A stretch of DNA of 64,000 bases, taken from the NCBI GenBank assembly GCA_965209055.1, contig OZ242374.1, forward strand, positions 5,280,001-5,344,000. The letters are read 5' to 3'. Origin of the DNA: Acidobacteriota bacterium (GTDB lineage Bacteria > Acidobacteriota > UBA6911 > RPQK01 > JAJDTT01). How positions within the stretch are numbered: the stretch's first letter is position 1; each line of letters starts with the position of its first letter. Under the pieces are notes generated by a model that ran no database searches, had not been told where the DNA came from, and saw only the letters and a program-made list of their open reading frames with translations. Made by a program: the position numbers and the translations under genes. Below are positions 9,927 through 18,687 of this stretch, piece by piece.

Positions 9927-11330
9927 TTGGTCTTCACTTCTCATATCTTTGTCTTCTACTTCCTGCCTCTCGTCCTGTTCAGCTACTGGCTGATACCGCC
10001 CCGGTTCCGCAACCTCTTCCTGATCTTCGTCAGTTACCTGTTTTACGGATGGTGGAAGCCGTGGTTCGTGCTTCTGATGCTCGCATCGACCATCGTGGAC
10101 TATCTGTGCGGCAAGACCATCGCGAATCCGGCCACCTCGATACAGGGAAAAACCGCGGCGCTGGTGTGTTCGATCGCCGCCAACCTGGGGCTGCTGGGGT
10201 TTTTCAAGTACTACATGTTCTTCGGCGAGAACTTGAACACGCTGCTGAACCTGATTGGATCCGAGACCTTTTCAATCCTCCATATCACGCTTCCCATCGG
10301 CATTTCGTTCTACACCTTCCAATCCATGAGCTACACGATCGATGTCTACCGGGGCCGCGCGCCGGCGGTCCGGTCGTTCACCGACCTCGCGTGTTTCGTC
10401 AGCCTGTTTCCTCAACTCATTGCCGGGCCCATCGTCCGCTACCGCACGATCGCCGCCCAATTGGTGCGGCGGACTCACAACTGGGAGAGGCTCGCGTCCG
10501 GGGCCTCGCTTTTCATTCTCGGGTTTTCCAAGAAGATCCTGCTGGCAAATCCCATCGGCGCCGTTGCCGATGCCGTGTTCTGGGCTGAATCCGCAGGAGC
10601 ATTGGAAGCCTGGTTCGGCGTGACTGCCTACGCCTTCCAAATCTACTTTGACTTTTCGGGTTACTCGGATATGGCTCTCGGCCTGGGACGCATCCTGGGC
10701 TTTGACTTCCCCAGGAATTTCGCCTCTCCCTATCGCGCCGAAAGCATTACCGATTTCTGGAGACGGTGGCACATCTCGCTCTCCACGTTCCTGCGGGATT
10801 ACCTGTACATCCCACTGGGGGGAAATCGGAAGGGTCCCTCCCGCACCTACGTCAATCTAATGATCGTGATGTTGGTCGGGGGGCTTTGGCATGGAGCCGG
10901 CTGGACCTTTCTGGTGTGGGGAGCCTACCACGGCGCCTTGTTGGGCATGGAGAGATGGAACGGCAAGGGCAGTTTCTATGCCTTCCTGCCGGTTCCCGCC
11001 AGAAAGGGCGCGACTTTCGTACTGGTCCTTTTCTCGTGGGTCCTCTTTCGCGCCCCAAACCTGGGCCAGGCGGGAGACTATCTGGGCTTCATGTTCGGCT
11101 TCCATTCCGAACAGGCTTCAGCAGCGCTGCTCTCGGCCCAGATCTTTACTCCGGCCAATGTTCTCATCTTTGCCGTCGCAGGCGTGTTCGCCTTCGGCCC
11201 CGCCGAGGCCGAGCCGTGGACCCGCCGTCTTTCCTGGCCAAAAGTCATGGCCTTGCTATGCCTTTTCCTGGGCTCCCTGATGGTGATGTCCGGTCAAGCC
11301 TTCAATCCTTTTCTCTATTTTCAGTTTTGA
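9927..11330 (+). CDS. algI: MBOAT family O-acyltransferase (AlgI-like)
   Basis: LPIGISFYTFQ, FPQLIAGPI, DFSGYSDMA, FWRRWHISLS, GLWHGA, C-terminal NPFLYFQF. Confidence 0.9.
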   Translation: MVFTSHIFVFYFLPLVLFSYWLIPPRFRNLFLIFVSYLFYGWWKPWFVLLMLASTIVDYLCGKTIANPATSIQGKTAALVCSIAANLGLLGFFKYYMFFGENLNTLLNLIGSETFSILHITLPIGISFYTFQSMSYTIDVYRGRAPAVRSFTDLACFVSLFPQLIAGPIVRYRTIAAQLVRRTHNWERLASGASLFILGFSKKILLANPIGAVADAVFWAESAGALEAWFGVTAYAFQIYFDFSGYSDMALGLGRILGFDFPRNFASPYRAESITDFWRRWHISLSTFLRDYLYIPLGGNRKGPSRTYVNLMIVMLVGGLWHGAGWTFLVWGAYHGALLGMERWNGKGSFYAFLPVPARKGATFVLVLFSWVLFRAPNLGQAGDYLGFMFGFHSEQASAALLSAQIFTPANVLIFAVAGVFAFGPAEAEPWTRRLSWPKVMALLCLFLGSLMVMSGQAFNPFLYFQF

Positions 11331-11337
11331 GGCATCC

Positions 11338-12498
11338 ATGGTGGAACTGAAATACCGATTTCTGGTGACGGCATTTTTCGCCGTGATCGGCTTCGTTCCC
11401 GCATCTCAGGTCGTGTTCGAGTGGACGCAGGGTGATCGACCTGTCGTGGCCGAATTGGTGTTGAACGTGCCCGCGGAGCAGCATCTCAGAGACGTCGAGG
11501 ACGAAATCGAGGAGACCTCCTGGTTCGCCCGAAACTCCCGCTCATTGGCGCAGAATATCTGGTTCCGACTGTCCGGGGAACCCGGGAGCAACGTCTTGGT
11601 CGGGCGCGACGGCTGGCTGTTCTATCTTCCCACAGTCCGTTTCCTGGTCGAGTCATTCCCGCCGGGCAAGGATCGGCAACCCGACTTCCAGGATCCCTTC
11701 GCCGCCATCATCGACTTTCATCGGCAGTTGGCCGATCGCGGAATCCAACTGTTGGTGGTGCCGGTCCCCGGCAAGGCCAGCATCTATCCCGAACGGGTCA
11801 GCTCTCGAGCCGATCCCCAGAAGATCGCGCATTCCTCCCATACGCTGGAGTTCCTCTCCCGATTGAACGACGCGGGGATACCAACGATCGATCTCTTTGG
11901 GACTTTCCATCAGGAGCGACGGCGGGACCGCTCAACCAACGGAGAGCCCCTCTATCTCTCGCAAGACACGCATTGGACGCCGGAGGGAGCCGGATTGGCC
12001 ACTCAGGCCGTGGCGCGTAGAGTCTTGAGAGAGGGTTGGGTGACCGCGGGTTCGAAAGAATACGCTCAAAAGGCGGTTACAGCGGCTCGCCGCAGCGACA
12101 TTCTCAGAATGGCGCGTTCACCTTCGATCGAAAGGCTCTTTCCTCCCCAGGAGGTCACCTGCCGGCAGGTGTTCGAATCGGATACTGGAAACCTCTACCA
12201 GGACGATCCCGATTCCCCGGTCCTCGTCCTCGGGGACAGCTTCTTGAGGATCTACCAGACTGACAATCCTAAGGCCGCGGGCTTTCTGGCGCATCTCGCC
12301 AGGAACCTGAGACGTCCGGTCGCGTCGATCGTCAACGACGGAGGCGCGTCCACGTTGGTCCGGCAACAGTTGAGCAGAAACCCCGAACTTCTGGAGGGCA
12401 AGAAACTAGTCGTTTGGGAGTTTGTTGAGAGGGACCTGCGCTTCGGAATGGAGGGCTGGCAGAAGATTCCAATTCCTTCCAATTCGGGCTGCCGATAG
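11338..12498 (+). CDS. AlgJ/AlgX-like SGNH O-acetyltransferase
   Basis: GRDGWLF, PGKASIYPE, DTHW, LGDSF, VVWEFVER. Confidence 0.85.
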   Translation: MVELKYRFLVTAFFAVIGFVPASQVVFEWTQGDRPVVAELVLNVPAEQHLRDVEDEIEETSWFARNSRSLAQNIWFRLSGEPGSNVLVGRDGWLFYLPTVRFLVESFPPGKDRQPDFQDPFAAIIDFHRQLADRGIQLLVVPVPGKASIYPERVSSRADPQKIAHSSHTLEFLSRLNDAGIPTIDLFGTFHQERRRDRSTNGEPLYLSQDTHWTPEGAGLATQAVARRVLREGWVTAGSKEYAQKAVTAARRSDILRMARSPSIERLFPPQEVTCRQVFESDTGNLYQDDPDSPVLVLGDSFLRIYQTDNPKAAGFLAHLARNLRRPVASIVNDGGASTLVRQQLSRNPELLEGKKLVVWEFVERDLRFGMEGWQKIPIPSNSGCR

Positions 12499-12504
12499 GC
12501 ACCC

Positions 12505-12540
12505 GGGAAATCCCGGCCACCGGAATTTCCTGTCTTTCAT
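12505..12540 (+). terminator. Possible intrinsic terminator
   Basis: Imperfect hairpin GGAAATCCCGG-CCA-CCGGAATTTCC followed by a T-rich tract right after the AlgJ-like stop. Confidence 0.35.
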
Positions 12541-12556
12541 TCAGGTTACGACATGT

Positions 12557-12670
12557 GGAGCGGCGGTTTCCTAACCGCCGATTCCTGAGCTGGAGGGCCA
12601 TGCGAACAGGACCGGACGATTAGGAAATCACCCTTCCTCATGCGGAGCGCCGGTTTCCAAACCGCCGGAC
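12557..12670. repeat. REP/REPIN-like palindromic cluster
   Basis: GGAGCGGCGGTTTCCTAACCGCCGA, a degenerate inverted partner and a third degenerate unit; same family at 18610 and 24851. Confidence 0.75.
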
Positions 12671-12765
12671 TCCCGCAATACAAGAGTCACGACGGACAAG
12701 AATTGCGATCTGTACGTTTGGCTCGTATTCACCCCCGCTACCTCAAGGCGTACGGGAAAAGGCTC

Positions 12766-13098
12766 TCAACGGTGCGCGGGCGCTTCTTCAACGACCCCAC
12801 GCGGATGAACCTCGATTTGCACGTCCACGCGCTGGCCGAGCTTATTGAGGACGGTCATCAGTCGGTCAATGGTGAAACGGTCAAGCTGTACGTTGCGAAT
12901 GCGGGTAAAGTCCGCATGATTGACACCGGTACGGCCCTCGGCCTTGCGGGTTGAAAGCCCCTCATCGTCAAGAATGCCAATGATGCGGGCGGCCAAAAGC
13001 GCCTTGGTCTGCTGCACGTCGGCGTCAGCGCGGCCGAAATCGCGGAAGACATTGCCGCTCCCGTGCACCAACTCAAAATCCTCGTCTGCCTTGCCCAT
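12766..13098 (-). CDS. XRE-family HTH antitoxin (HigA-like)
   Basis: GSGNVFRDFG...KALLA...FTIDRLM signature; downstream of a RelE-like toxin. Confidence 0.85.
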   Translation of the reverse strand: MGKADEDFELVHGSGNVFRDFGRADADVQQTKALLAARIIGILDDEGLSTRKAEGRTGVNHADFTRIRNVQLDRFTIDRLMTVLNKLGQRVDVQIEVHPRGVVEEAPAHR

Positions 13099-13448
13099 TG
13101 CCGTAACTCCTTCTTCAAGCGTTTTAGCCGCACACCGATTAGATCAATATCCTTCTTCGGGGTCTTGATGCCCTGCTTCGCCTTCTTCTGGAAGGCGTGC
13201 AAAACCCAAACCCGCTCCTCAAGGCGCAGAGCATAGACTGCCCGATACGCATCGGAGCGGTGCCGGAGCGCCACCTCGAATATGCCGGAGCCGAAACCCT
13301 TCAGGGGCTTGGCGATGTCGGCCTTGCGACCCTCGGCCGCGACCGTCAGCGCCCGCATGATCGCGATCTGCGGCCCCTCGGGAAAGCCGTCGAAAGCCTT
13401 GCGCGCCGCCTTGATCCACGAAATTGGCCGGGTATCTCTGCTTCTCAT
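12858..13448 (-). CDS. RelE/HigB-like toxin (Gp49-like) with read-through C-terminal extension
   Basis: RPISWIKAARKAF, KPLKGFGSG, YRAVY, VLHAFQKK...GIKTPK; the expected end near 13095 has no stop. Confidence 0.8.
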   Translation of the reverse strand: MRSRDTRPISWIKAARKAFDGFPEGPQIAIMRALTVAAEGRKADIAKPLKGFGSGIFEVALRHRSDAYRAVYALRLEERVWVLHAFQKKAKQGIKTPKKDIDLIGVRLKRLKKELRQWARQTRILSWCTGAAMSSAISAALTPTCSRPRRFWPPASLAFLTMRGFQPARPRAVPVSIMRTLPAFATYSLTVSPLTD

Positions 13449-13534
13449 GAGGGGTGGTGGTAAATATACCACCAGTCGCAATTTCGGGCAAATCTTCCCG
13501 ATAGTAGGAATCCCGCTCTGAGGATATTTGCAAG

Positions 13535-16042
13535 CTACGTTCGCCCGATCAATCGGAGCCGGGCCACAAGCGCTCGTCCCTGGGCTGCTCCAAAGGTCAT
13601 GAAATTCGGCGAATCCACATTATTGTCCACCACTGTAGGATTTTCGCGGCCTGTCACGTCATTGAAGCCCACTCCTAGAGCCCAATAGCGACCCAGCAGC
13701 CGGATTCGGCGCTCCACATGGATGTTCAACGAGAAATAGTCGGGAAAGCGCTGTGAATTGGGCAGTCCTACAAGGGCCTGGTCTTCATTGACCAGGCTGA
13801 AAGGAAACCCATCCCTCCATTCCAACGAATAGGCGAGCTGCAGGTCCTTTGGCAAAATCAGCCAACCCCATGCAATAACACGGTTGGGAGTATCCCAAGG
13901 CTGCGGACCTTCAGCCTGAGACCCGACAATGATGTTGTCGATATCAAACTCGAATACATGACTGGAACGGCTGCTGGCGCGAGTGTAGGAAGCGAGAAAG
14001 CTGGATCGATTTTCAATTGCGTGCCGCACCGTGATTTGAATCGCTGTGTAGCGGTCTTTGCGGACGTTGCGCAGCCCAAGGGTCCTGGGCCGGCTTGTTG
14101 GCTGCCGGCTTTGTTGAATGAAAGCCAGTCCGTCTCTGCCTCTCTTCTGCTGGTATTCCCCGTGCAGATGGATTCCGGCGGGCAATTTCTGCTCCAGGCC
14201 CAGACTCCAGTTCAGAAATCGGGGTGCCCTCAAGGTCTCTTGATTTGCAAGCAACCTGGTTTCAATGGGTGGTCCGGCTGGAGATGTGCCGTCCTCTGCG
14301 TAGACCTGGTCCATTCGTCGACCTGCGGCGGGGCGACTTAGAATGCTCAGGTTCGTCGCGTCATAAAAAATCCCGATTCCTCCCGTCACCTGGCTACTCT
14401 CGTTGTCAGTCAACAGGTAGCTCGAGGCCAGGCGAGGGGAAATCAGCGGTTGCCGAATCGTCTTGTCCCAGTCGAATCGCAGTCCCAGTTCCAGCAACCA
14501 GCGATCTGACAATGACCAACGATCCTGCCCGAACAGGCCAACCTCCCAGTTATTTCGGTCGATGTCCGAGCCTCCCGTAAACGTCGTCTCTCGGGAGAGG
14601 GTGCCGTCTTCGCGAAAAACGAGTATGGGTCGCCGATTCTCCGATTTCTGAAAACCGATGCGATCAAGATCCGTTCCGATTTTGAACTGGTGCCGGCCAT
14701 GCCAATGGTGGGTTGGCCAGGTGAAATTCGCGATCCACTGAAGACGTTGAGCGCCTTCCTCGGTCTGCCTGAAAAAGTTTCCTCCGCTACCGCCAGGTTT
14801 GATTTGGTACGGAGAGTCACCGAGTGGCTGCTCGTTCGTCGTGAACTCGTTCACGGCAAATCCGATCTCCAACAGAGCCCCGGAAAGGTAGATCTGGTCC
14901 TTTAACGTCACCAGGTAGGCTTGGTCCCTGCGCTGACGAGTCGTCTCCAACGGATCGAATCGAGACAAGCCCAGGTGATCGGATTCAAATCGATTGCCAA
15001 CAAATCCGGCAGTCAAAATATTGGATGGTGTCAGATTGATTTGGACTCCGGCCAGATTGTTCCATCGCCAGGCGCGGTTTCGGTCCTGACCCTGAGGCAA
15101 TTCCCTTACAACGTCCAAATTGTACTCGCCCTGCAACCCCAGAAAGAACCAGGCTGTACTTTTGCGGAGCGGCCCGGAAAAATTCATTCTCGGTGTCCAG
15201 GCGTTGATATGTACGCCCTTGCGGTCTTGAAGAGAAGGAATGAAATTGGTAGCCGAAAAGCGATACTGATCGTCTCCTGTCGCAGTCGTAAAATTGACAA
15301 TCCCACCTGATGCTTTCCCGTACTCGGCTGAGTAGCGGCTGTCCACCACCTGAATCGACCGGACGGCATCGGGACTGAATCGAAGGCGCTGTGTGCCGCC
15401 GGCCGGGTGAGTGACATTGAATCCATCCAATTGATCACGAGTCTGATAGGCCGCCGATCCACTGACGTGGATTTGTCCGTTATTGTCCTTGACCACGCCA
15501 GCGAGGAACGGCAAGGCGTTTCGGACGTCCCGGGTTGTCGGGTAAGGGAGGTTTACTATTTCTCTAGCGTCCAGGGATTCGCTGCTGACGGTCTGACTCG
15601 GATCTATGGACGATGGGGAATAAACCACATCTACGCCGTCGGAGACCTCTCTGTAGTGATTGAGCGTGACTTCTACAGCTTCTGTTTCGGGGACCGGTAC
15701 AGGATCACGGTGTGCGACATAGAAGCCTTTCTTTTCAACCTGAAGCCGGTAGGAGGAGCGGGCCAGATTGATGAACCTGCATTGCCCGATCAAGTCTGTT
15801 TTTGCTTTCGACACGGATAGGGTTCCTTGGTGGACCAGTGTCACCTGGGCGCCTTCGACAGCCTGGCCATTCTCATCAAGGACTTTGATCAAAAGCTTTA
15901 TGTTCTTTTTTTCATCTTCGTCCTCCGGGGTCGAATCGTCGCAATTGACTGTGGCACTCTCGACAGTTGCGGGACTCTCACCCATGGTGCCGACGGGGAG
16001 AAAGGAAAAAAGGATTCCGAAAACCAGGCCTTGACCGGCCAT
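13535..16042 (-). CDS. TonB-dependent receptor with N-terminal carboxypeptidase-regulatory-like domain
   Basis: Signal peptide, YSAEYGKASGG plug motif, QDRWSLSDRWLLELGLRFD, amphipathic beta strands. Confidence 0.85.
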   Translation of the reverse strand: MAGQGLVFGILFSFLPVGTMGESPATVESATVNCDDSTPEDEDEKKNIKLLIKVLDENGQAVEGAQVTLVHQGTLSVSKAKTDLIGQCRFINLARSSYRLQVEKKGFYVAHRDPVPVPETEAVEVTLNHYREVSDGVDVVYSPSSIDPSQTVSSESLDAREIVNLPYPTTRDVRNALPFLAGVVKDNNGQIHVSGSAAYQTRDQLDGFNVTHPAGGTQRLRFSPDAVRSIQVVDSRYSAEYGKASGGIVNFTTATGDDQYRFSATNFIPSLQDRKGVHINAWTPRMNFSGPLRKSTAWFFLGLQGEYNLDVVRELPQGQDRNRAWRWNNLAGVQINLTPSNILTAGFVGNRFESDHLGLSRFDPLETTRQRRDQAYLVTLKDQIYLSGALLEIGFAVNEFTTNEQPLGDSPYQIKPGGSGGNFFRQTEEGAQRLQWIANFTWPTHHWHGRHQFKIGTDLDRIGFQKSENRRPILVFREDGTLSRETTFTGGSDIDRNNWEVGLFGQDRWSLSDRWLLELGLRFDWDKTIRQPLISPRLASSYLLTDNESSQVTGGIGIFYDATNLSILSRPAAGRRMDQVYAEDGTSPAGPPIETRLLANQETLRAPRFLNWSLGLEQKLPAGIHLHGEYQQKRGRDGLAFIQQSRQPTSRPRTLGLRNVRKDRYTAIQITVRHAIENRSSFLASYTRASSRSSHVFEFDIDNIIVGSQAEGPQPWDTPNRVIAWGWLILPKDLQLAYSLEWRDGFPFSLVNEDQALVGLPNSQRFPDYFSLNIHVERRIRLLGRYWALGVGFNDVTGRENPTVVDNNVDSPNFMTFGAAQGRALVARLRLIGRT

Positions 16043-16102
16043 TGGCGCTCAACTGCCCTGTAGCTGTGATCTCTGTCGGAAGAAGGAAATGATCCGCCGG
16101 AG

Positions 16103-18592
16103 TCAGAACTTCAGCTCCTCCAGCTTGTCCCGCATGGAGTCGATGTAGAACTGCCAGGAGGATTGGTCCCCGCCGCTGGGGTCCGTCATTTCGAAAGTAA
16201 AGTTCTCGTCCTTGAAGCTCTCGACATCAGCGACGAGGCGTTTCGACTCTTCCAGCGCCTTGGTGACGGAATCGGTTTCGGCGTCATGGTGGAGTTGGAA
16301 GACACGATACAGAGCGGCTACAGCGGCCGAGAACCGGTACCCGAGTTCAAGGCGTTTGGAAAGATGACTCAAGTCTTCCTTGTTACCGGCCGTCAACCCG
16401 GCCACCTGAAGCGCCTTCTCCACATCCGCCTTCGCCTCGCGGGTCACTTCCGCACGCAGTCTCCAGATTCCCTCCAGTTTGCGATAAAGATCCTGAGTTG
16501 AGATGTCCGGACCGCCACCGGCGTTCCGCGCGAAACCAACCAGAGTTTTCCCGATCTGGGTATCGGCCAGGTTCTTCTCCCAGGTTCGCTGCGCGTTGGC
16601 CAAGTTGTAGAACATGGTGTTCATGGGGTAGATCTTGGACAGCGTCCAGCGGCCATGGCCCTCCTGGTAATAGCCGGGAGAAGCGAAGTCCCGCTGCTCG
16701 CGGGAGCGCCGGAAGTACTGATACATGTACCCACCCGCTTCGTCGCCATAGAGCTCGCGGCAGGCTTCACCCAGGAAACCTGATTCCGAGAAGATCTCTT
16801 CCGGCTCAACCAGGTTCTCCTGGTACTCCCGGAGACGGCGCTCGGTTTCGACCTGGATGGTCGGCTGCAGGAAGAAGTCCCGGGCCTTGAGATTCCATGC
16901 ATACTCGGCATTGAGAAGTTGCTGCGGTTCCTGTGCGAAGGTGCCTGAAAAGTTGTACAGCGTGGTGGCCCCGGCAAAACTGGTGCTGGCAACAGGGGCT
17001 GCCATAAAGGTGGAATCGGAATTGTAGTAGTTGGCTCCCTCCACCACGAAAACATAACTGCCGAAATTCAAGCCCAGCTCACGCAGTTTCTCGTGCAGAC
17101 GAAGTGGCCAGGTGTCTTCCGGCCCCTGGAAGGGAAACATCTCTCGAAACCCGCCCTGAACCCTGGGCCCCTGATGCTTGAGCTGCTTGAAGATGTTCAC
17201 CCAGAGTTCCTGGACGTTGTTCCAATCCTGGCGCGCCGCTTCAATGGAGTCGTGATGGCGGGGTGTCTCTCCCACTCCGAAGGCCATGTAGGAGGGTGAA
17301 ATCAGGACAACGATGCAGTCCCTGGAGGCGTCGTAGCCGGATTCCTGGTTTTTGACCGAAAAGATGGCGTCCAGCAGCGTATTGTACCCGTGGGCGAGAG
17401 CTCCCGCCCCACCGTCCATCGCCTTCAGATCGTCGTTGGGCCAGCGTTTCCGGCAGCTTTCAGCGCGAACCATCCATTCGACCTGAGTGTCCGGATAGTT
17501 GCTGAGATCCTCGTGGTGGATGTACAGGGCTCCGGGCTCAACGGACCTCACAAAAGCGGCAAGTTCCTCCTGTTTGAGCCGGTTCAACGCTTCGTTGCTG
17601 CGGCAGGTGCCCAGGGTTCGGGGCGGGAACCGCTTGTTCTCATGGGCCATGCCGATACAGGAGTAGATCTCCCCGTCCGGATAGGAACGGCGATTGTAGA
17701 AGAGTTTCCCGCGGTAGGCCGGGGTGTTGAAGAAGCCCTGGTAGGTTCCCAACCCGTAACCGGCCCCATATCCCCCGAAGAACAAGTGGATGCCGCGCTC
17801 TCTGGCATACTTGTTGATGGATCGCATCAGAGCCGCGTACTCCGGTTCCAGCGTCCAGCCGAAACCGTCGAAGGTGACTGCGTTGATCTTGTATTTCAGG
17901 CAAAAGTCGAGTTTTCTCTTGATCCGCCGGATGAAGTTGGCCTCACCGTCTCCATAGTCATATCCCCAGCGGTTGCCCTCCACGTTCTGCAACCAGTCGG
18001 CCGCCTCGCGGTATTGGATATCCGGAAAGTCGCGGATGTGAACTCGCGCCAGTTCCAGGCGGCCGGAGCGGGATTCCAACAACTGAATCAGGGTCGCCGC
18101 CGCATAGAGGGCTCCCTGATCGGTAGTGCCCACCAGGTACGCGTCTTGTTTTGCGATTCGGATGACGTAGCTCTGTTCCGTTTCTGCGGCATCGCGGAGA
18201 ACGCTGATGTCTTCGCTGTCCAGATTCACCGAGTCGGACAGGGCGACCTGCCCGTCTCGCCAAACCTGGAGACGAATGGTCAGAGCGGCTTTTTCAGCCG
18301 GGTTCGCGGATTGCCCGGTGGATGCCAGGACGTTAGTGCCTGACAATTCGGCGAGCCGTTCCCGTATGAGTTGAGCAGCCAACTGCAGTTTGGGGGATGG
18401 ATTGTCGGGTAGCGCGATGGCGACGCTTCCCGGGCGTTCAGGGATGAGAACGGGGTCGCCGGCCACAACCATCGATTGCGGGTCCGGGATTACGTAGGGC
18501 AGCCGAGCCGAATCGTCTTCGGAAGACCGACAGCTATGGACCAGCATCATGCCCATTGCCGCGGCCACTGTGAGAAACAGTCTCTGGGACAT
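16103..18592 (-). CDS. Lipoprotein, GH20/GH84-like paralog
   Basis: Start MSQRLFL after GGAGGAG; lipobox-like VHSC; VIPDPQ, IRDFPDIQYR, ALYIHHED, NAEYAWN. Confidence 0.78.
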   Translation of the reverse strand: MSQRLFLTVAAAMGMMLVHSCRSSEDDSARLPYVIPDPQSMVVAGDPVLIPERPGSVAIALPDNPSPKLQLAAQLIRERLAELSGTNVLASTGQSANPAEKAALTIRLQVWRDGQVALSDSVNLDSEDISVLRDAAETEQSYVIRIAKQDAYLVGTTDQGALYAAATLIQLLESRSGRLELARVHIRDFPDIQYREAADWLQNVEGNRWGYDYGDGEANFIRRIKRKLDFCLKYKINAVTFDGFGWTLEPEYAALMRSINKYARERGIHLFFGGYGAGYGLGTYQGFFNTPAYRGKLFYNRRSYPDGEIYSCIGMAHENKRFPPRTLGTCRSNEALNRLKQEELAAFVRSVEPGALYIHHEDLSNYPDTQVEWMVRAESCRKRWPNDDLKAMDGGAGALAHGYNTLLDAIFSVKNQESGYDASRDCIVVLISPSYMAFGVGETPRHHDSIEAARQDWNNVQELWVNIFKQLKHQGPRVQGGFREMFPFQGPEDTWPLRLHEKLRELGLNFGSYVFVVEGANYYNSDSTFMAAPVASTSFAGATTLYNFSGTFAQEPQQLLNAEYAWNLKARDFFLQPTIQVETERRLREYQENLVEPEEIFSESGFLGEACRELYGDEAGGYMYQYFRRSREQRDFASPGYYQEGHGRWTLSKIYPMNTMFYNLANAQRTWEKNLADTQIGKTLVGFARNAGGGPDISTQDLYRKLEGIWRLRAEVTREAKADVEKALQVAGLTAGNKEDLSHLSKRLELGYRFSAAVAALYRVFQLHHDAETDSVTKALEESKRLVADVESFKDENFTFEMTDPSGGDQSSWQFYIDSMRDKLEELKF

Positions 18593-18609
18593 TGCTTGAT
18601 CTCCTCCAA

Positions 18610-18685
18610 GGAGCGATTTCAAATCGCCCATTCTTCGTCGCCAAGTTGTCACATCGGAGTTCGGCGGTTGGGAAACCGCCGCTCC
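18610..18685 (-). repeat. Intact REP doublet (paralog of the island's empty site)
   Basis: Reverse complement GGAGCGGCGGTTTCCCAACCGCCGAACTCCG...GGGCGATTTGAAATCGCTCC aligns along its length with 24851-24922 joined to 44562-44569. Confidence 0.85.
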
Positions 18686-18687
18686 GC

